Below, piece by piece: positions 54,750-60,689 of a stretch of 60,689 nt of DNA (the stretch's first letter is position 1; each line of letters begins with the position of its first letter). The notes beneath the pieces were generated by a model. That model saw nothing but the letters and a program-made list of their open reading frames with translations, ran no database searches and had not been told where the DNA came from. Position numbers and translations under genes: made by a program. The stretch covers positions 1-60,689 of the forward strand of contig JAYRFB010000118.1 in assembly GCA_041908585.1 (NCBI GenBank). The letters are read 5' to 3'. Source of the DNA: Candidatus Krumholzibacteriia bacterium. Its GTDB lineage: Bacteria > Krumholzibacteriota > Krumholzibacteriia > LZORAL124-64-63.

Positions 54750-54777
54750 TTGCGACCCTGCCGACATATGTTATCAT
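54750..54777 (+). promoter_or_regulatory. Sigma70-like promoter candidate TTGCGA - 16 nt - TATCAT within an A/T-rich spacer upstream of rfbF
   Basis: -35 at 54750-54755 and -10 at 54772-54777, about 100 nt upstream of ATG 54881, which is itself preceded by GGGAGGA. Confidence 0.35.
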
Positions 54778-54880
54778 GTTCCGGTTAATCTCCGGAATCA
54801 CACAGGCTTTTCGGATTGGGGCGATCCCGCGCCGGGTCGCGTCGATTTCCTGACCTGACGGTGGGGGCACCGGGAGGACC

Positions 54881-55663
54881 ATGGCCAAGAAACCGATCGT
54901 CGCCATCCTGGCCGGGGGCATGGGCACCCGTCTGGCCGAGGAAACCGAGATCCGCCCGAAGCCGATGGTGGAGATCGGCGGGCACCCGATCCTCTGGCAC
55001 ATCATGAAGCACTACGCCCACTACGGGCACGACGAGTTCGTGATCGCGCTCGGCTACAAGGGCGAGTACATCAAGCGCTGGATGCGCGACTTCGGCACGC
55101 TCGAGGGCGACATGACCGTCCGCACCAACTCGGGCGACGTGCTGACCTACACCGACAATCGCCCCAACTGGACGGTGCACCTGGTCGAGACCGGGATGAC
55201 GACGGGCACCGGCGGCCGCATCAAGCGGCTGAAGCCCTGGCTGGGCGACCGCACCTTCATGCTGACCTGGGGCGACGGCCTGTCCGACGTTCCCCTGGAC
55301 CGGCTCCACGACTTCCACAAGGCGCACGGCCGGCTGGCCACCCTGACCTCGGTGCGCCCGCCCGCCCGCTACGGCCACCTCGAGTTCGAGGGCAATGCCG
55401 TCAAGCGCTTCACCGAGAAGCCGCAGACGGCCGAGGGCTGGATCAACGGCGCCTTCTTCGTGCTCGAGCCGGGCGTCTTCGACTACATCGACGGCGACCC
55501 GGTGATGTTCGAGCAGGCGCCGATGGAGGGCCTGGCTCGCGACGACCAGCTGATGGCCTACAAGCACGAATCGTTCTGGCAGTGCATGGACACGCTGCGC
55601 GAGAAGCACATCCTGCAGAAGCTGTGGGACGGCGGCAACCCGCCCTGGAAGTGCTGGGACTGA
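54881..55663 (+). CDS. rfbF: Glucose-1-phosphate cytidylyltransferase
   Basis: MAKKPIVAILAGGMGTRLAEETEIRPKPMVEIGGHPILWHIMKHYAHYGHDEFVIALGYKG... and ...ESFWQCMDTLREKHILQKLW are close to RfbF/DdhA as I recall them. Confidence 0.9.
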   Translation: MAKKPIVAILAGGMGTRLAEETEIRPKPMVEIGGHPILWHIMKHYAHYGHDEFVIALGYKGEYIKRWMRDFGTLEGDMTVRTNSGDVLTYTDNRPNWTVHLVETGMTTGTGGRIKRLKPWLGDRTFMLTWGDGLSDVPLDRLHDFHKAHGRLATLTSVRPPARYGHLEFEGNAVKRFTEKPQTAEGWINGAFFVLEPGVFDYIDGDPVMFEQAPMEGLARDDQLMAYKHESFWQCMDTLREKHILQKLWDGGNPPWKCWD

Positions 55664-55705
55664 GCGCGGGCACGAACCGCGCGGACGGACGACGGCACGA
55701 GCGAC

Positions 55706-55753
55706 GGCAAGAACTACGGCAAGAACTACGGTAAGAACGACGGCAAGAACGGC
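55706..55753 (+). repeat. Intergenic 12-bp tandem repeat, 4 copies (CGGCAAGAACTA)
   Basis: Units at 55706-55717 and 55718-55729 are identical. Units at 55730-55741 (CGGTAAGAACGA) and 55742-55753 (CGGCAAGAACGG) are degenerate. The array lies between the rfbF stop (55663) and the SDR gene start (55788). No in-frame start codon upstream would make it coding. Confidence 0.85.
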
Positions 55754-55787
55754 GACACCAACCGCAGACGAGGCAGGGTATACCCAC

Positions 55788-56831
55788 ATGAAGGTCTTCC
55801 TCACGGGCCACAAGGGCTACATCGGCAGCGTGCTGACGCCGATGCTGCTGGAGCGCGGTCACCAGGTCACCGGCCTGGACACCGACCTGTTCGGCGCCTG
55901 CACGTTCGACGGCGAGCTGACGAAGGTGCCGGAGATCATCGGCGACGTGCGCGACGTCGATGGCGACGTGCTGAAGGGCTTCGACGCGGTGATCCACCTG
56001 GCCGGCCTGTCGAACGACCCGCTCGGCGACTACGACCCGTCGCTGACCGACGACATCAACCACCTCGGCTCGCTGCGCTTGGCGAAGCTGGCCAAGCAGG
56101 CGCGCGTGCCGCGGTTCCTGTTCGCCAGCTCGTGCAGCAACTACGGCGGCGGCGGCCAGGACTTCCTGGACGAGAACGCGGCCTTCAACCCGGTGACGCC
56201 GTACGGCGTCTCGAAGGTCGAGGTCGAGCGCGACGTGGCGCCCCTGGCCGACGCCGACTTCAGCCCGGTGTTCCTGCGCGCCTCGACCGCCTATGGCCTG
56301 TCGCCGCGCATCCGCTTCGACCTGGTGGTCAACAACCTGACGGCCTGGGCCTTCACCACCGGCGAGGTGCACCTCAAGAGCGACGGCTCGCCGTGGCGGC
56401 CGCTGGTGCACGTGGAGGACATTGCCCGCGCCTACATCGCGCTGCTGGAGGCCGATCGCTCGCTGGTCCATAATCGCGCCTTCAATGTCGGCACGACGAC
56501 CGAGAACTACCGCATCCGCGAGGTGGCCGAGATCGTGCACGGCGTGGTGCCGAACTGCGAGATCGGGTTCGCCGACGATGCCAGCCCGGACAAGCGCAAC
56601 TACCGGGTGGATTGCAACCTCCTGGCCCTGACCATCCACGAGTTCAAGCCGCAGTGGACCGTGCGCCGCGGCGTCGAACAGCTCTACGAAGCGTACAAGC
56701 GCGTGGGGCTAAGGCTGGAGGACTTCGAGGGTCCGAAGTTCAAGCGGATCGACCACGTCAAGCAGTTGCTGCAGTCGGGCCGCCTGGACCCGAGCCTGCG
56801 CTGGACCGGAAAGCCCGGGGGGAACCACTGA
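55788..56831 (+). CDS. Extended-SDR NAD-dependent sugar epimerase/reductase-like protein (not obviously an RfbG-type 4,6-dehydratase)
   Basis: ORF 55788..56831. MKVFLTGHKGYIGS (GxxGxxG), SSCSNYG and YGVSK (YxxxK). I do not see the TDE-type signature of 4,6-dehydratases. Confidence 0.8.
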   Translation: MKVFLTGHKGYIGSVLTPMLLERGHQVTGLDTDLFGACTFDGELTKVPEIIGDVRDVDGDVLKGFDAVIHLAGLSNDPLGDYDPSLTDDINHLGSLRLAKLAKQARVPRFLFASSCSNYGGGGQDFLDENAAFNPVTPYGVSKVEVERDVAPLADADFSPVFLRASTAYGLSPRIRFDLVVNNLTAWAFTTGEVHLKSDGSPWRPLVHVEDIARAYIALLEADRSLVHNRAFNVGTTTENYRIREVAEIVHGVVPNCEIGFADDASPDKRNYRVDCNLLALTIHEFKPQWTVRRGVEQLYEAYKRVGLRLEDFEGPKFKRIDHVKQLLQSGRLDPSLRWTGKPGGNH

Positions 56832-58060
56832 TGGCCGCCACCAAGCACAGCTGCCGCTCCTGCGGCGGCGCCGACCTGAAGCCCGTGCTGGACCTGGGCA
56901 GGACCCCGCTGGCCGACCGCATGCCCTCCCTGGCGCACGCCGACCGGGAGGAGCCGCGCTTCCCGCTCGAGGTCGTCTTCTGCGCCGACTGCTCGCTGCT
57001 GCAGATCCTCGAGACCGTCGACCCGGCGATGCTGTTCGACGACGACTACCCGTACTTCTCGTCGTTCAGCCGCTACCTGCTGGAGCACTCGCGCAAGAAC
57101 GTGCTGGAGCTGATCGAGCGCCGCAAGCTGGGCGCGGGCAGCCTGGTGGTCGAGCTGGCCTCCAACGACGGCTACCTGCTGAAGAACTACGTCGAGAACG
57201 GCGTGCCGGTGCTGGGCATCGACCCGGTCAAGGCGCTGTGCGAGGCGGCCGAGAAGATCGGCGTGCGCAGCCGCGCCGAGTTCTTCGGGCTGGAGGTGGC
57301 CCGGGGCCTGGTGGCCGAGGGCTTCCGCGCCGACGTCATCCACGGCAACAACGTGCTGGCGCACGTGGCCGACACGAACGGGTTCGTGGCCGGCATCGCC
57401 GCGCTGCTGAAGGATGACGGCATGGCCGTCATCGAGTTCCCCTATGTGCGGGACCTGATCGACCACTGCGAGTTCGACACCATCTACCACGAGCACCTGT
57501 GCTACTTCTCGGTGACGGCCGTCGACAAGCTGCTGCGCCGGCACGGGCTGTTCCTCAACGACATCCGCAGGCTGCCCATCCACGGCGGCTCGCTGCGCCT
57601 GTACATCGAGAAGCACGACGACCCGAACGAGGCGGTGCGCGGCCTGCTGGCCGAGGAGCAGGCCCTGGGCCTGGACCGCATCGACTACTACCGCGAGTTC
57701 TCCGCCCGCGTGGCCGACCTCAAGGTCAAGCTGCTGGCGCTGCTGCGCGGCCTGAAGGCCGAGGGCAAGACCATCGCCGCCTACGGCGCCGCGGCCAAGG
57801 GCAGCACGCTGATCAACTACGTGGGCATCGGCCGGGAGCTGGTCGACTTCGTGGCCGACCGCAACGTGCACAAGCAGGGCCGGCTCATGCCCGGCCAGAA
57901 GATCCCCATCGTGGCGGCCGAACAGATCGCCGCGCGCCGGCCCGACTACGTGCTGCTGCTGCCCTGGAACCTCGAGAGCGAGATCCTGGCCCAGGAGCAG
58001 GCGTACCGCGATGCCGGCGGGAAGTTCATCATCCCGGTGCCGACCCCGCGCATCGCCTGA
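56831..58060 (+). CDS. NDP-hexose C-methyltransferase (TylCIII-like: Zn-ribbon + class I SAM MTase + C-methyltransferase C-terminal domain)
   Basis: ATG 56831 shares one nucleotide with the upstream TGA (TGATG). CRSCGGADLKPVLDLGRTPLAD...VFCADCSLLQ, VVELASNDGYLL, HGNNVLAHV, YHEHLCYFS, AAYGAAAKGSTLINY, DRNVHKQGRLMPG, YVLLLPWNLESEI. Confidence 0.85.
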   Translation: MAATKHSCRSCGGADLKPVLDLGRTPLADRMPSLAHADREEPRFPLEVVFCADCSLLQILETVDPAMLFDDDYPYFSSFSRYLLEHSRKNVLELIERRKLGAGSLVVELASNDGYLLKNYVENGVPVLGIDPVKALCEAAEKIGVRSRAEFFGLEVARGLVAEGFRADVIHGNNVLAHVADTNGFVAGIAALLKDDGMAVIEFPYVRDLIDHCEFDTIYHEHLCYFSVTAVDKLLRRHGLFLNDIRRLPIHGGSLRLYIEKHDDPNEAVRGLLAEEQALGLDRIDYYREFSARVADLKVKLLALLRGLKAEGKTIAAYGAAAKGSTLINYVGIGRELVDFVADRNVHKQGRLMPGQKIPIVAAEQIAARRPDYVLLLPWNLESEILAQEQAYRDAGGKFIIPVPTPRIA

Positions 58061-58103
58061 GCGCGCCTTTCCGTAGGAACCCTGAACGAACGGAAGCCGA
58101 CCG

Positions 58104-59315
58104 ATGAGCGCTGCCGCCGCCCCGACCTGCCCGAACTGCCTCAAGGGCGCGATGCAGGTCTTCCACACCGCCCAGCGGGTGCCGACCAACAGCTGCATCC
58201 TGCTGTCGACACGGGAAGAGGCGCTGGCCTACCCGACCGGCAACATCGCCCTGGGCTTCTGCCCGTCCTGCGGGTTCGTCTCCAACACGGCGTTCGACGC
58301 GAAGCTGACCGAGTACTCGGGCCGCTACGAGGAGACGCAGGGCTTCTCACCGACGTTCCAGCGCTTCCACCGCGACCTGGCCGACCGCGTCATCGACAGG
58401 TTCAAGCTGGCCGGTCGCGACATCCTGGAGATCGGCTGCGGCAAGGGCGAGTTCCTGCTGCTGCTGTGCGAGAACGGCCGCAACCGCGGCGTGGGCTACG
58501 ACCCGGGCTACCGCGCCGACCGCTTCGCGCCGGCGGCGGGCGACAGCGTGCGCTTCGTGGCCGACTTCTACACCGAGAAGTGCACCGACACGGCGGCCGA
58601 CTTCGTCTGCTGCAAGATGACGCTCGAGCACATCCCGACCACGCTGGAGTTCATGCGCAACGTGCGCGCCGCGCAGGGCGACCGCCCGGCCGAGATCTTC
58701 TTCATGATCCCCGAGGCCCAACGCATCCTGAGGGACTGCGCCTTCGAGGACGTCTACTACGAGCACTGCTCGTACTTCAGCCCGCACTCGCTGGAGCACC
58801 TGTTCAGCGCGGCGGGCTTCTTCCCGACCGCGATCGGCTTCGAGTACGGCGGGCAGTACCTGACCATCGCCGCCGACACGCAGGACAAGGGCGCCGGCCG
58901 CCTGTCCGGCGACGGCGACCTGCCGGAACTGGCCGCGTGGGTGGCGAAGTTCCCCGGGCTTCTGGAGAAGCAGGTGCGGTTCTGGCGCCAGCAGTTCGCG
59001 GCGCTGGCGGCCGCGGGGAAGAAGGCGGTCATCTGGGGCTCGGGCAGCAAGGGCGTCTCCTTCCTGACCACGCTCGGGTTGCAGGACGAGATCGCCGCCG
59101 CCGTCGACATCAACCCGCACCGCCAGGGCTACTTCATGCCGGCCACGGGTCACCGCATCGTCGGGCCGCAGGACCTGGTCGAGCTGAAGCCTGACGTGGT
59201 GATCGTGATGAACCCGATCTACCGCGATGAGATCGCCGCCGACCTGGCGAAGCTCGGGCTGTCGCCGCAGGTGATGGCGGTCGACGACGGGCTGCACGCG
59301 GGCGGCGCCAAGTGA
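58104..59315 (+). CDS. Divergent paralog of the C-methyltransferase family (Zn-ribbon + SAM MTase + Methyltransf_14-like C-domain)
   Basis: ORF 58104..59315. CPNCLKG...FCPSCGFV, ILEIGCGKGEFL, CKMTLEHI, YYEHCSYFS, VIWGSGSKGVSFLT, DINPHRQGYFMPATG, VVIVMNPIYRDEI. Confidence 0.8.
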   Translation: MSAAAAPTCPNCLKGAMQVFHTAQRVPTNSCILLSTREEALAYPTGNIALGFCPSCGFVSNTAFDAKLTEYSGRYEETQGFSPTFQRFHRDLADRVIDRFKLAGRDILEIGCGKGEFLLLLCENGRNRGVGYDPGYRADRFAPAAGDSVRFVADFYTEKCTDTAADFVCCKMTLEHIPTTLEFMRNVRAAQGDRPAEIFFMIPEAQRILRDCAFEDVYYEHCSYFSPHSLEHLFSAAGFFPTAIGFEYGGQYLTIAADTQDKGAGRLSGDGDLPELAAWVAKFPGLLEKQVRFWRQQFAALAAAGKKAVIWGSGSKGVSFLTTLGLQDEIAAAVDINPHRQGYFMPATGHRIVGPQDLVELKPDVVIVMNPIYRDEIAADLAKLGLSPQVMAVDDGLHAGGAK

Positions 59316-60535
59316 ACGGCGCGAAGGGGAACGGCGCGAAGGGGAGCGGCGCGACGGGGAGCGGCGCCACTTCCTGCCTGGCCTGCGGCGGCGCCCGCGT
59401 CGAGCGCTTCCTCGAGCTGCGCGGCGTGCCCGTCTTCTGCAACGTGCTGTGGCCCGACCGCGCCGCGGCCCAGGCGGCCCCGCGCGGCGACCTGGACCTG
59501 GGCATCTGCGCCGACTGCGGCCACGTCTACAACCTGGCCTTCGACCCCGAGCTGGTGCGCTACGCCGAGGGCTACGAGAACTCGCTGCACCACTCGCCGC
59601 GCTTCCAGGCCTACGCCGAGGAACTGGCGCTGGACCTGCGCGGCCGCCACGGCCTGGACGGCAAGCACGTGGTGGAGATCGCCTGCGGCCAGGGCGACTT
59701 CCTGAAGCTGGTCTGCGCGGGGACCGGCAGCGTCGGCACCGGCTTCGACCCCAGCTACCGCGGCGGCGACCCCGGCGCGAACATCGCCATCCGCCGCGAG
59801 TACTTCGGCGTCAGCCCCCTGGGCCGCGCGCCCGACCTGGTCTGCTCGCGCCACGCGCTCGAGCACATGGACGCCCCGGCGGGCTTCGTGCGCATGATGC
59901 GCGAGGCCGTGCCGGCCGGCAGCCACCCGGTCTTCTTCTGCGAGGTGCCCAACTCGCTCTACAGCCTGCGCGACGGCGGCGTCTGGGACTTCATCTACGA
60001 GCACGTCTCGTACTTCAACGCCCGCAGCCTGGCCGCCTGCTTTGCGCGCGGCGGCCTGCGCCCGACCCGGGCCTGGGAGACGTTCGCCGGCCAGTTCCTC
60101 TGCCTGGAGGCGGTGGACGACGGCGCGCCGGCGGCGGTTGCGCCGGCGCAACTGGCCGAGGTGCCGCCCGGCGACGAGTTGCTGGCCATGGCCGCGGGCC
60201 TGGGCGGCGAGGTGGACCGCCTGCTCGCGCACTGGCGCGCCGAATTTGCGCGCATCGCCGCCGCCGGCGGCCGCGTCGCGGTCTGGGGCTCCGGCAGCAA
60301 GGGCGTGACCTTCCTCAACCTGATGGGCGCCGACGGAGTCATCGGCGTGCCGGTCGACATCAACCCTGCCAAGCACGGGCTCTATCTGCCGGGCGTGGGG
60401 CGCCAGGTGGTGGCGCCGGACGCACTGCCCAGCCTCGACATCGCGCTGGTGCTGGTGATGAACCCGGTGTATGCGCAGGAGATCGAGGGGATGGTGCGGG
60501 GGCTGGGGTTGCAGGTTCCGGTGGTGGCGGTCTGA
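59312..60535 (+). CDS. Second divergent paralog of the C-methyltransferase family
   Basis: GTG 59312 overlaps the upstream stop (GTGA). CLACGG...ICADCGHV, VVEIACGQGDFL, SRHALEHM, IYEHVSYFN, AVWGSGSKGVTFLN, DINPAKHGLYLPGVG, LVLVMNPVYAQEI. Collinear with the 58104 paralog. Confidence 0.8.
   Translation: MNGAKGNGAKGSGATGSGATSCLACGGARVERFLELRGVPVFCNVLWPDRAAAQAAPRGDLDLGICADCGHVYNLAFDPELVRYAEGYENSLHHSPRFQAYAEELALDLRGRHGLDGKHVVEIACGQGDFLKLVCAGTGSVGTGFDPSYRGGDPGANIAIRREYFGVSPLGRAPDLVCSRHALEHMDAPAGFVRMMREAVPAGSHPVFFCEVPNSLYSLRDGGVWDFIYEHVSYFNARSLAACFARGGLRPTRAWETFAGQFLCLEAVDDGAPAAVAPAQLAEVPPGDELLAMAAGLGGEVDRLLAHWRAEFARIAAAGGRVAVWGSGSKGVTFLNLMGADGVIGVPVDINPAKHGLYLPGVGRQVVAPDALPSLDIALVLVMNPVYAQEIEGMVRGLGLQVPVVAV
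59315..59374 (+). repeat. In-frame 15-bp tandem repeat, 4 copies, encoding NGAKG-NGAKG-SGATG-SGATS at the N-terminus of the third methyltransferase
   Basis: AACGGCGCGAAGGGG twice (59315-59329 and 59330-59344), then AGCGGCGCGACGGGG (59345-59359) and AGCGGCGCCACTTCC (59360-59374). Confidence 0.85.
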
Positions 60536-60627
60536 GATTCGCCTCTATTGCGGCGGGGGCGGGCGCGGGGGGAGGGGGGGCCCGGCCGCCGCCGGGGTCC
60601 CCACCCCCCCCAAGACCCACATGAAAG

Positions 60628-60661
<34 letters not shown>

Positions 60662-60689
60662 ACAAACCCCCCCACCCCACCACCCGCCC

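Noticed and set aside
54698-54853. 51-codon ORF (MAELHKLKLTHKMHFTSVATLPTYVIMFRLISGITQAFRIGAIPRRVASIS) inside the A/T-rich spacer upstream of rfbF.
   Set aside because: It has no SD-like sequence. Its third positions are A/T-rich, unlike every confident gene here. It also overlaps the best promoter candidate for rfbF. It is more likely non-coding regulatory DNA, although a foreign small membrane protein cannot be excluded.

Overview
Gene-dense, very G+C-rich bacterial chromosomal window. I call 43 protein-coding genes and recognise no rRNA, tRNA, CRISPR array, transposase or integrase by eye.

Left ~31 kb:
- The tail of a heavy-metal efflux locus: a CzcC-like outer-membrane factor fragment plus a small HMBD protein.
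- A secreted-protease block. An ECF sigma factor and a membrane Ser/Thr kinase with a TPR domain are flanked by a 1509-aa multidomain zinc metalloprotease and an S8 subtilase. Both proteases end in the same T9SS-type sorting domain, which hints at an FCB-group or Gemmatimonadota-like uncultivated lineage (inference only).
- Housekeeping genes radA, ispD, aroA and tyrS.
- A DUF4254-like gene divergent from a polytopic HAMP-PP2C phosphatase.
- An OPA-like MFS permease translationally coupled to a TonB-dependent receptor.
- A PAS hybrid histidine kinase, a MATE exporter, a LolA-like/TlpA fusion lipoprotein and an OmpA/TSP3 protein.

At 31.2-33.4 kb is the item I rate most worth follow-up. It is a stand-alone 46-aa peptide gene with its own promoter-like element, strong SD and intrinsic terminator, directly downstream of a half-size ABC exporter.

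From 33.6 kb to the right edge lies a ~27-kb glycan-biosynthesis island containing:
- two AsnB-type amidotransferases, an acetyltransferase and a Wzy/WaaL-like protein;
- five GT2 genes (including the GtrB-like one) and two GT4 genes;
- a secreted lyase-like protein and an O-acyltransferase;
- an orphan 675-aa protein;
- a GtrA/GtrB/GT-C module;
- a PaaK-like ligase;
- a CDP-hexose arm with three tandem TylCIII-like methyltransferase paralogs.

No Wzx, Wza, Wzc or priming phosphoglycosyltransferase is visible in the island.

The right end is poly-C low complexity and is probably an assembly artefact. Many long ORFs in the supplied track are antisense or out-of-frame shadows typical of high-GC DNA, and I did not call them. 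All family assignments come from motif recognition by eye and need HMM or BLAST confirmation.
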